NCBI RefSeq assembly: GCF_964194025.1
Contig: NC_134468.1
Span: forward strand, 4,712,001 to 4,776,000
Length of the DNA stretch: 64,000 nt
Direction: 5' to 3'
From: Convolutriloba macropyga
Taxonomy: Eukaryota
Part shown: piece after piece, positions 50,301-62,100 of the stretch
Layout: each line of letters opens with the position of its first letter
Numbering within the stretch: position 1 is the stretch's first letter
The notes under the pieces: generated by a model
Told to the model about the DNA's origin: nothing
Databases searched by the model: none
What the model saw: only the letters and a program-made list of their open reading frames with translations
Translations under genes and position numbers: made by a program

Positions 50301-53119
50301 TTGTTTTGAGGTGAAAATTTGATCCAAAATTTCTAATTGAACTGCTCTGAAAAAAACAGTTCTTAATTAAATTTTTTGAAATTTTTCCATCTCCTCTGAA
50401 ACAATTTTTCATCCTCTCCGAAATATATATTTTTTTTCACATAAAGTAGCTTTCAAAACGCGTTAACATCTTTTTTTATTCGGTGAACAGTTTTTATTTT
50501 ATCTACGCTTGTTGAAATAACGCTTTCGTACTTCTAGAACCAAGTAGTTTTTTCCTTTTGAAAGTATTTGGTTTGTAGTCGGTAATTTTATGTCTCAGCA
50601 ATTTTTTCCCGGAAAACATGTGTTTTGTCTAGTGATTTTGCTTCACCAATACAGCTGTCTGTTTTGATCTGTCAAGCCGTCACCCTAAAATCTGATAAAA
50701 AACATGCCTTGGGCGTGATAGAGTAATCTTCTTTGCCCTCCTGTCATTCTTACAAAAGGAAAGATCCCCTTATTGTTCATTTTTTTGTTGCTGTTTATCA
50801 GGAACAAACAATTCATGATGATCCTCATGTTTGATTTATTCACATTGACAGGAAGTTATCTCATTATAATCGTGAAAGAACAAAGTTGACAGCTGATACG
50901 AAGAAACGTTAGATGACGTAATGGGACATTTTTTATCGCAGATATCTCAAACAGATTGTGACAATATGAACAATTTTTCCACTTTTTCCCTTTTTCCTTT
51001 GTTTCAACTTTGTTTGGAGTGAGAGCACAGCATTAACAGCGACAAAAGATATACTGAAATGGGATTAGGAATCGGGCGCTAATTGATGACTGAATGAAAG
51101 AGGGTGAATTAAAGGCTCCCCAGAGACCCTTTGAACGAGAGTGGGGTGTCCTCTTCTGCAAAAAGAAGCTTTGTTCACGCTATCTAACAATTGGCATCAT
51201 TCTTAATTAGCCGAACAGTTCAATGACAGTGATCACGTTTGAAAAGTTTTTTTGACCCCCAGCTTCGTGTAAAAGTTCTATGAATTTTAGGAAAAGTTTT
51301 TTGGCGCGCAGCTTTATGTGTAAGTGTTGTATGATTTTCAGTTTTTGTGGCAATTTTTTCGATTTCTTCCACTTTTTAGACATCGGTGAATTCTGATTTT
51401 GCAGCGAAGTTTAAGAAAGTTTTAACAATTCCTTAGAACTTATTGTGACATTATAACTCCTGTAGCTGTGTCAAAGTTAAATGTTTGTTTGCCTGTATAA
51501 GACAACTTTGACAAAAAAAAATTGTTATACAAATTGAAACAATTCATCTTCTTATTTTCTGACAAGAATCATAATGAATCAATGTACAAGCAGAATGTTA
51601 TCTAAATTTTCACATTTTTAATACCGGCGATTTTATCTCGGCTGTACAAAACTATTATTAATAATTGAACCAAAAAAAATTTCAAACTATCCTTAATTTT
51701 TACCACAATTCCCCACAAGTTTAAATTTACTCATATTCATCTTTTCAAATTTTCCGTTAAGTATGTTTAAATTTTACGTTTAAAGTTTTTAATTGTAAAA
51801 ATGAGGTAATATTTAATCATAAAAGAGACGCTAAAATAGTGAAAAAGAGCAAAAAATACGGTCTAATTGTTATGCTGATCGACTATTCTGCTAATCGATG
51901 TTTATTCCAATTTTGTTTTTCTTTTCCTTGTTTTTATTGACTTCAATCAGGAGGAATAAACAATGGAAGACTCATTGGCTCGTGCTCGTGCTGAGAGAGT
52001 AATTGGCGTTGAGTTCAAACGATATTGTCAATTTAGATGCGCCGTGGAGCGAACCAACTGAAACGCACTTCAGAGAGCAAAATTAAATTGCGATTAAATC
52101 TTTATTGTTTATTCCCTCGACTGTCAAAATGAATTTGTTTTCCGAGGAGTAAAAATTGAAAATTGAATTGGTTTTCATGCTTAATTTCTATTTTGGTCAT
52201 CGCGTTCTGATTTTCATTATCATTATTTTGCAATTTCATTAAAAAAAGATGAAAATTTTAATCAAAAAAGAAACGCTATAAAATAGTGAAAAAGAAATAA
52301 AAAATTATTGAATGCAGACAAGTCTAAAATTGGACATTAACTGCCCGTAGATTCATTCAGTTATAAATTATATTGATCGAATCAATGTAACTTTCCAATT
52401 AAATTTTTTGAGACTCCAGGAAATTAGCCAATTGGAAATGGGCACGTCATTGGGTCTCTCAACTCGGAAGAAATTATAACCGAATAGCGGCACTGTGGTT
52501 GCTTACTAGGCCTTTCAAGTGGATAATTCAGAGATATAATTATTAAAAATTTTCCAAAAATAGTAACAAAAAAATTATAATGTCATATGTATTATAATCA
52601 ATTATATATTACGTTGAAATAAAAATGCCATTTCTTCCCTAAACAGTTTGTTTGAGGAGGAGGCGGAGAAGGGGGATTTATGCTTTTTGTTTTCTAAGCA
52701 ACGATAAATGATTGGTAAATTTAGTTAGAAATCTAGTGTTTTCATCAGAGAGCTGGTCTTTGCAATTTCTGGTCTTCATATCCTGCCTCTTCAAAAAAGA
52801 TCAAACCCTGGTCTTCGCAATTTCCATCTTTTTCAAAAATATTAACGTTAAGAATTTTGATAAATGTGCCTGATGTAAATCATTTTCTTCATGCACTAGT
52901 TTTAGCTTATTTTGCTCCGTTTACACAGAAGTTGCATAAAATGCACTGAAGTTATCGAAACTAAGTCATCAATGTCTTGTCAATTCCTAACAACCATATC
53001 TTACTTAATATCATAATTCAAATCTTAGTATGTCAAACGATCATATATAAATAAGTGATAACATGAAGTATAACAAGTATCAAAACTAAGTCATCAATGC
53101 TTTGTCGAGTCCTAAAAAC

Positions 53120-53521
53120 GGTGCCCGCCGTATTGGCCGACAGGGCGTTTAGCCGACAACGAAAAAATGAGAAAATTAACTGACAATTTAAGTAAAATGA
53201 GCAATAAAGCTTATTCTGAAGCTGTGATTGGCCAATTTAAAACACTATTTCGTAAGTGGACAAATATACTGCAGTTTATTCATCATCTAGTGTAACGAAG
53301 GTCTACCCGTGGTCGGACCTTATTTAACCGCATGTGGCCATAACTCGCGGGCAATGGCCATGCCTAAGCGCCCGTTGGGACTTGATATGAATATATCACA
53401 ACCGAACTACTGATTAAGGGACCAATGAGACTTTTATGACCAATTATGATAAAAATGTCGGCTAATTTTCTCATTTTATCATTGTCGGCTAAACGCCCTG
53501 TCGGCCAATTTTCCTAGCACC
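53120..53521. mobile_element. 402-bp MITE with ~58-bp TIRs and 9-bp TSD (Mutator/MULE-like), copy 1
   Basis: CCTAAAAAC at 53111-19 and 53522-30; ends GGTGC/GCACC; TIR ATTGGCCGACAGGGCGTTTAGCCGACAA... Confidence 0.9.
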
Positions 53522-53773
53522 CCTAAAAACCATACTAATATCATAATTAAAATCTTATTAAAATATCAAATGATCATATATAAGTAAGTGATAACATGAA
53601 ATATGACAAGTATCCAAACTAAGTCACCAATGCTTGGTCGATTCCTAAAATCAATACTAATATCATAATTGAAATCTTGTTAAAGTATCCAACGATCATA
53701 TTTAAGTAAATGATGACATGAAATATGACAAGTATCAAAACAAGTCATCAATGCTTTGCCGAGTCCCAAATAT

Positions 53774-54175
53774 GGTGGCCGCCGTATTGGCCGACAGGGC
53801 GTTTAGCCGATATCCAGAAAATGAGAAATTTAGCCAACATTTTAAGTAAAATGAGCAATAAAACTTATTCCGAAGCTGTGATTGGCCAATTTAAAACACT
53901 ATTTCGTAAGCGGAAAAATATACCGCAGTTTTTTCATCAACTAGTGTAATGAAAGTCTATCCGTGGTCGGACCGTATTTAACCGCATGTGCCCATAACTC
54001 GCGGGCCATGTCCATGCCTCAGCGCCCGGTGGGACTTGATATGAATATATAACAACCGAACTACTGATTAAGGGACCAATGAGACTTTTATGACCAATTA
54101 TGATGAAATTGTCGGCAAAATTTCTCATTTTTTCATTGTCGGCTAAACGCCCTGTCGTCCAATTTTCCTAGCACG
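53774..54175. mobile_element. 402-bp MITE (MULE-like), copy 2
   Basis: Colinear with copy 1. Right TSD CCTAAAAAC is intact; the left has decayed to cccaaatat. Confidence 0.9.
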
Positions 54176-56904
54176 CCTAAAAACCGTACTAATATCATAA
54201 ATGAAATCTTATTAAAAAATCAAACGATCATATGTAAGTAAGTGATAACATGAAATATGACAAGTATCCAAACTAAGTCATCAATGCTTTGTCGAGTCCT
54301 AAAAACCATACTAATATCATAATTGAAATCTTGATAAAGTATCAAACGATCATATATAAGTAAATGATAACATGAAATATGGCAAGTATCCAAACTAAGT
54401 CACCAATGCTTTGTCGAGTCTTAAAACCATTTTAATATCATAATCGAAATCTTATTAAAATATCAAATGATAGCACGCGTTAGGATGTATCATCCAGGAT
54501 TATGTAATGTCGAACTTCGGTTAATTGAAGGTTAGTTTTGTACATTTCAAGACTAGTCAGATTCCTGAAAAATTCTATATTTTGTTTCGTCTATTGGTTA
54601 GGACGCCACCTTTAGTTAAGCAGTTCAAAAAATTCTTGTCGCATAATGGAGTGCAAAATTTCTAAACAGAAAATAACGGATGTTCCGTGTCTGCCAACAA
54701 TAATGACACAAATAACATTTTGTCTGTTTTGCCTATTTTTTTTTTATTCTTCAGCTTATATCATAATTGGTCCGTACTAATTATAGAAATTTCATATCGC
54801 AAAAACTGTTCTTAACAAGCTTTCAAGATTGTAGTAAGAATTTTTTAACGAATTGATCTTTGAGTTGTTATCTTGAATGTTCGTGCGGTTCTTGAACGGT
54901 ATTTGAACTGTTACAATAAGCATCAGATACATTGATCTTTTTACCGCATCATATACGGATGAGAATTAAGAAGGAGCTTAAAGACTTGAAAAAGAGCTAT
55001 TTCAGTCGTCACCATTATGAGATTTTTTAGTTTTTAAATTTTTTAGTCACCCCATTTAGTTATTTTATTGGGCGCCTTGTGGGATGTTTAAAACATATGA
55101 TTTTAATTCAAATTGGTCTCACTAGAGCCTGGAAACAAAGTAATGATTTTAGCATTTGAAAATAAAGATTTAGCGTCTGATTGAACGTTGAAAGGTTTTC
55201 TTTAATTTGCAAATTTGTGCTTAGTTTTTGGGTCATTTGAGATCATTTTTTATTCGCGCAATTCAAGTTATTGTTGCTGAGAAAAAAAAAGACAAAAGAG
55301 AATAAATATTCCAATTTTTTTCAGCACCTTTTCGCGCAATCAGGTCATATTTTCTTTGTTTGTTTTTCCCAATTATTTCACATTTGTTTACTTTTTCTAT
55401 TTGTTCTGCTGTTTGTGATGTGGTGGCCGTACAAACAGCAATTTCCTCTTTTCCTCTCCCCTGTTTGACAACCAAGCTAGGAATATTAAATTGAATGAAT
55501 GAAGCATGGACAGTTTAAGGAAAAACAGTTGATGCCCGATTTTTAGTCTCGTAATTGATAAATGTATATTCCATCCAACATACTTCATAATTTTTCTTGC
55601 TACCATCCATGAAATTGAGGCTAGGAAGTTTACTCCAGCAAGATTTTTTTAAGCCACCTTTTTGCCGACAGATAAATTTTGACGACAGACGTTAATGTGG
55701 TACATCTGAAATACCTTAGAAAAACTGAATCCATTGTTTACAGACTTTTCCAGTTTTTCAATTTCTCGAAGGATTATTGAGGTTTCAAGTCATCGAAAAT
55801 TTTTCATTTTCTCACTTTCATTGGTTCAGAAACCTAAATTAGATACAAGTGTGTTACTAGATATTCTATAGATCATCAAAACTAAGGCGAAAGATTTTCT
55901 TCGCTAGAATCAGTCCAGTAGTCACTATAGATCAGATGACGACATCTAAAAACAGACTAGCTTAAAAACCTCTTCTTTTTCTAAAATCAGAAAAAAACAC
56001 CGAAGAACTACTGAGCATATAACAAAGTTTTTAATGAGAAATGCTGATGCAGTTCTGCATAAATTTTGAAAATCTGATCATCTCAAAATTTTTAAAATGA
56101 AAATGAAGGAAAAATAGGACATGTACGAAAAATTAGAATTTTGATTATTAATTTGTAAAAAGAGAAAGTTGATGTCTTGACAACATTAAAAAATTTCAGG
56201 CCCATTTTTCACAAACCTGTCGATTAATTTTTGACCACTTTTACTGCAAAGCACTCTATTAATGTGATCATCACTCCACTAATTTTTAAGTTATTGACTT
56301 GTTGATTATTCTGCGTCAATGTAGCCGTTATTTTAATTTCAAAATCTATATCATGCGATCACTGATATACTAGATGTTACAAAGTAATTTTCTGAAATCT
56401 TTTGACCAAAATTTTTTTGGAAAACTTTTATCCTTCAGTTTTCTCAAGACATAAGGTAAAATATCACAGTTAAATACTATTGTAATCAGCGGCTTTAACG
56501 ATATAAGACGATTTTTTAATATCTTGCCGGTCTTGAATACTTCTAATCCAATAACAAAAACTTTGTGTTTTCCCATTCATAACGAACTGCTTTGTTTTAA
56601 TTTTTCCATTTTGCGAGAAATTATACCACCAATTTAAGTATGTTCGAATTCTGTAGGTCACAACTAGCATCTCTCTTCTCAGTGTTTTGTGGGAAATTAA
56701 TTTTTAAAATCTAATTTTTTTCACATATTTGGAAAAAATGACGTTCTTAAGTTTTTTTTCATAACGGCAAACATTCGGAAAAATTTTGATTTTTCATCCA
56801 TTTTTAGCTTCAATCGACTGGAAGCAGACCTTCAAAAGTTCCTGGTTTCCCTGTTTTATCAATAGATATTCTCGGGTTGGAGTCACGCTAATCTCAACTA
56901 GTGG

Positions 56905-57111
56905 CCCAGTATAATTTCACTTAACCACATTAGTGGATCACTATTGTTACATTGCCATTTTAGAGTGGACTCTAGTGGAGCACTATAGGAATTTTTCTGG
57001 AACAGTGGTACACTAGTGGGGCACCAGTGGAAATCTAGTGAGCCACTAGTGAATAGCTAAAGGGCCGCTAGTGGAAAACTGGTGGGCCACAAGAGGGTAG
57101 AAAAGTACTGG
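56905..57111. mobile_element. Small degenerate MITE-like remnant built of CACTAGTGG repeats
   Basis: CCAGTA / TACTGG ends; about 9 copies of (CA)CTAGTGG at ~16-17-bp spacing. Confidence 0.5.
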
Positions 57112-57338
57112 CATTCGACCTTATCTTACCAGCAATTAAGATGCTAGTCAAGCTAAAAATGACAAGAGTTACGATGAAATAGCTACTTTATTGTCGGAAA
57201 ATTCTCGAGTCAATTTCAAAAAAACTGATGTTTGAGATTTTCCAGTATGTTCGGGGTGTGTTTCCCTCTTCATTTCTCAACCGCGCTGGGGACCGGCTAT
57301 GGTGCAGCTACGAACAAACAACTACAGGAGAATTGAGC

Positions 57339-57640
57339 CACGTCAAGTTTGATCCCACTTGAAGAATTTCTTGGCCAACTTGAAAAACCAAACTTCTAAA
57401 ATTAGAGAATTCCACTATCTCTGAAATTTCCACATGAAAAACCAGTTTTTTTTTCTGGACAGGCTAGATCAAAAGTTCTTGCTGTTTACATACATTGTTA
57501 AACTCTCACGTCAAGTTTGGTCCTATTCGAACGACTCCTTGGACAACTTGAAAAACCAAACTTCTAAAAATAGAGAATCCCAATATCTGTTAAATTACTG
57601 CATGAAAACCAACTTGTTTTCTAGGCAGGCTGGATCAAGC
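57339..57640. repeat. ~168-bp tandem duplication
   Basis: CACGTCAAGTTTG...CAACTTGAAAAACCAAACTTCTAAAA.TAGAGAAT occurs twice. Confidence 0.88.
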
Positions 57641-57800
57641 GGCTGTTTCGTTATGGGTAAATTTAATTAACTTGATTTTAGTTATTGTTCAAGTATACCA
57701 TTTATGCATTTGCTGGATGGGTTGAGACTTCAGGTGCGAGCGGACATGAACAACCCTCCTTGTTTCGATTGGAAATAAAACGTGCGTTTATGTTTCACAG

Positions 57801-57953
57801 GTTTCTCAAAGATTGGACAAGAAACCAACTGCTGCCCAGAATGGTGCATCGAAGCCCCTAATCGCAATCAACAACAACAACGACGTAAATAACACTGGCG
57901 CCAATCAGAACAATCTCAATGCTAACAAACAGACAATCAAGGGAGCGAATAAG
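57801..57953 (+). CDS. GPCR coding exon 3 (Asn-rich intracellular loop 3); gene continues past the window
   Basis: Acceptor tgtttcacag|, 153 nt open in phase 0 (VSQRLDKKPTAAQNGASKPLIAINNNNDVNNTGANQNNLNANKQTIKGANK), donor AAG|GTTAGA. Phase matches exon 2 and the hydrophilic/basic composition fits ICL3. Not in the ORF track because it is under 60 aa. Confidence 0.75.
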
Positions 57954-58088
57954 GTTAGATTGTTGTCTTGAATTCCAGCTGAATTTTGCTCTGATTTCAT
58001 CTCGCCATTTGAAATATTTGGGTTAGCAAAATCAAATATAGTATACATTAGAACATAAGAACTTTTCAGTTTCCGTAGCGTTTCATTG

Positions 58089-58131
58089 CCCCCCCCCCAC
58101 CCCCCCCCCCCACCCCCCCCCCCCCCCCCCC
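58089..58131. repeat. Poly-C tract with two A interruptions (G-rich on the - strand)
   Basis: Visible directly, ~135 bp downstream of exon 3. Shorter poly-G runs at 18083-18100 and 20278-20290. Confidence 0.95.
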
Positions 58132-58323
58132 GGGTAGGACCCTCGATTGTCTTGAAATAGTTTCACGAGTCATTCGAGACCTATTTTTTTAATGTAAGCA
58201 GAGCAACGAATGGAGAAAAATGATGTTATTTGGTACTGAACTCCGCTTTACCGATGCAACTTCGAACCTCAGAAAATTGCTGACTGTATTACAGCCCGAG
58301 CAACCTGGGTTGTTCATAAAACC

Positions 58324-58757
58324 GGTGACGTCTTAACAAATAGACGTACCAAAATGTAGAAATTTCAACGAATGTGATTGGTTGAGAAATTTAAAACACT
58401 GTACCTTTATGCGTTCAATTAGCCTAAATTGGACACAGCCTAATGCTAGATTATAATTTTTACCGCATCTGGCCATGCCTCGCGGGCCATGGCCATGCCT
58501 CAGCGGCCCGTGGGACTTGATATGAATCTATCACAACCGAACTTGAGACCAGTTTCCCCCAAAAAATTATAATTTTGCTTTTTCGGCTTATCGCAATTTC
58601 TGAACTGTTTTACGTTAACGCGCATATCCTATTTTAAAACATGGAGAATTTGTTGAGCAATCAGCCAATCAGAAAACATTATTCCCATTTTCTCGATTGT
58701 GATTGGCCAGCTATAAAATTTCTATATTTTGGTACGTCTGCCATTTTCACTAGCGCC
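58324..58757. mobile_element. 434-bp MITE with 9-bp TSD (MULE-like), different TIR subfamily
   Basis: CATAAAACC at 58315-23 and 58758-66; inverted AGACGTACCAAAAT.TAGAAATTT at ~58342 and ~58716-39; ends GGTG... / ...CTAGCGCC. Confidence 0.85.
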
Positions 58758-59112
58758 CATAAAACCCTTCTCAGTCACCGTTGGGGGAGGGATGTGACAC
58801 TAAGGAGTTAACATATAAGATCCGCTTCCCTCTAATTTTTAGGCAACTCACTCCCCCCAGCCAGGAGGAGGGAGGAACGGTGGGAATAACAGACAGCAGC
58901 CCCAACTTCGGGTGGCCAAGACTTGTCTTGTTGCCACTTTCGTCCGGTCTGTGCTCTGGCTGCCCTACATCATCCACCTGCTCAGAATTGGTTTCATGGA
59001 GGCATTCGACCTCGTCAAGGACGGAGAGGTCAGCACAATTTGCCTCACTTGAACTCACATAAAAATATAAAGGGTCGTGAAACAAAATGTTAAAAAATGT
59101 CAGAAAGTTGAG

Positions 59113-62100
59113 TGAAGCCATTGCCGATGCAATGGGAATTTTTGCGCGCATTTTTAAAAATTTGGATGACATAGATTTTGTTTTTGATGTTCAGTCTTTG
59201 AGGGCAAACAAACTGAGGGTTATGAAAATCCTCAAAGTTTCCGGCATTTTTGCTATTTATTGCCCAATCACTTTTAGCATAGTTTTTGAAAGAAAAAATT
59301 CAAAACCAAAATTTAGTGGACCATTTTTCTTCTGAGCGGAAAGTATTCTAATTTTATTTTGACAAAAAATTTGGGTACTTCAATTTCTTTCAGCAAAAAA
59401 TTTTTTTCGCTAATTTATTCGCAATTTCAGCCCTACTTATTAGCCAGATCTGTTTTTTGGCTCCATCTGATTACAGAGGAACCACCTGATTACAACCTTC
59501 CCCTCACTAGAGTCTTTACAACTTAAAAAAAATGTTTATTTCAATATTGCCTGGGGAAAATGAAATAATTTTACGAAATTTTATTCAAAGAGATGTGAGA
59601 TAGGTTGCGCTAGATGGCCTGAAATTTTTTTCCACTTTTTCATTAAAACCTCATTGGTCTCATCATCATTTTCAAACCCTAGTCCAGAAGATCGAACAAA
59701 AACGACGTAAGGAATGTTTGGTGTTCAGTTCTTAACGAAAGAAATGGTTTGTTCGGTGTTTATTGTTTGTTCGGCAGCAACTCCAAGAAAAAATATATTT
59801 GTTTGGTCCGGGACGTGAGAGTGCTTCGGTATAATAGGTTTCTTAGACTCTCTATGTCCGGTATTTAAAATTAAAATATAAGTATGTATCTTTTTTTAAA
59901 CGTAAGAAACGCTCTGAGTTTGGTTTGAAACGTAAGAAACTCTATATTAAAATTGATCTTTTTGTTTTTAATGAAGTCAAAACCCTACGATAGCGTTCTG
60001 CTAGTGAGAAATCTAAACGTACTTCTTGGAGAAAAAGTCTGAAAGCTAGCACAAATTTATTGAAATCTCTCAGCTCACTAACAAATATAGTTGAACAAAA
60101 ATAATTTTCATTTTTTTTTATTTTAATACCGAAAAATGCAGAAATACTCACTAAAAATGACGGGGATTCTGTTGATTATTTCATATTCACCGGATCTCTC
60201 TTGTGAGTTGGAACCAATAAAACCGACGGTTTCTTTGTTTGCTACGCTTGAAAACGAACATAACGAGAGTTTTCTTTTTTTCAAAACCGAACATACCGAC
60301 AATATAGACGAAAAAAACGTAGGGGTTTTGTCTTTTTGTTGAACTAAAACAAAACGTACTGAAGATTTTCTTTTGTTTAAAAAGACAATTTTTGAACTAG
60401 TGTAATAATTATAAAACAAAAAAACTTTGTTAAGCAATGCAGCTTCTAAAGTTGTACTACAAAAACTGTATAAACCATTGTAAAACAAAAAGAAACCTAC
60501 CTTGCAATAAAGCATTAAAGCAGTTTGTCGCAGCAAATTATTTCAACAATATTGATTGGTACTTTGCTTTTCCAAATATGTTCAAAATTTTTAAAAATTA
60601 ATCTTTACTTCAATAAATATTGCAATACGTCTGTATTCCCTTTTGTTATTAAATTTAGTCATTCTGCTATTGAACTGAAGAGTAACCAATAGCAGAATAC
60701 AACCAGGTAAAAATTAACTACAGAAGTTCGCATCAGTTTTTCTGAACTAAATTTTGGTAATGTAATTAATTTACTCACTGCCCATTGCATCACAGATTTA
60801 TAAACCAATAAAAAAATCAAATATTTTTGTAAATGGTTTTTGTAAGAAAGAATTATAGCTAACTTCTAGTGGTGCACAGAAATATCGTTTGCGTGAAAGT
60901 GTAAGTTTGAAGTGTCGTCTCGTCTAGAGAAAATGGTTACAAAATTTTTTTCACCCAAAAGGAACATCTCATCCAATTATCTAACCCATTATCTAGCACT
61001 AAACTTGTTTCTTTAAATAATGGTGCGGAGATTTTTATTCAAAGTATCTTCTGGCATCGTAGGTATCGAATTCTTAATTACATTTGCAAATAATTTTCAA
61101 CATTTCGTAAAGAAAACCCCTAAAAAATTGTAAAGATTTGCTATCGGTAAATAAATAAAATAATATTGAATATGTGAAAAGAAATTTTGCTATTTAAGCT
61201 TCACACTATAATAAACAATAAGTTAAATCATTATATTCAATTTTTTTAAAATTTTGACACCACGAAAATTGAGTTGTGGTAGTTCAGTTTATTTACACGA
61301 AAAATTTTAGTATCTTGCTCGTTAATACATTTTTGCTCAGGCCATTATGTAGAGAGTGTTTTTTTCACGTTCAGTTTAATGATATGATCAATGAAGTCCA
61401 CGTCCAGTTTTTCTCCATTTCAATCTAGACCCAGATACCAGTCTAAGAAAAATTTTTACTTATTAATTTCTTTTGACAGCAACTGTTCGAATCAAAACAA
61501 GCCAACCAAGGTTTACTTTTAATCAATCAAGTTTATTGAAGCCATTGCCGATGCAATGGAAATTTTTGCGCGCTTTTATGAATCTTGGATGACATAGATT
61601 TTGTTTTGGATGTTCAGTCTTTGATGGCAAACAAAATGAGGGTTATGAAAATCCTCAAAGTTACCGGCATTTTTTGCAATTTATTGCCCAGTCACATTTA
61701 GCATAGTTTTTGAAAGAAAAATTTCAAAAACAAAATTTAGTGGACCATTTTTCTTCTGAGCGGAAAGTATTCTAATTTTAATTTGACAAAAAATTTGTGT
61801 ACTTCAATTTCGTTCAATAAAAATTTTTTTTCGCTAATTTATTCGCAATTTCAGCCCTACTTATTAGCCAGATCTCTTTTTTGGCACCATCTGATTACAG
61901 AGGAACCACCTGATTACAACCTTCCCCTCACTAGAGTCTTTACAACTTAAAAAAATTGTTTATTTCAATATTTCCTGAGGAAAATGAAATAATTTTACTA
62001 AATTTTATTCAAAGAGATGTGAGATAGGTTACGCTAGATGGCCTGAAAATTTTTTCCAATTTTCATTAAAACCTCATTGGGCTCATCATCATTTTCAAAC

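Larger units (their letters stand above)
52955..54470. repeat. ~123-bp minisatellite array interrupted by two MITEs
   Basis: AAACTAAGTCA.CAATGC...TAATATCATAATT recurs about 6 times at ~123-bp spacing outside the MITEs. Confidence 0.9.
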
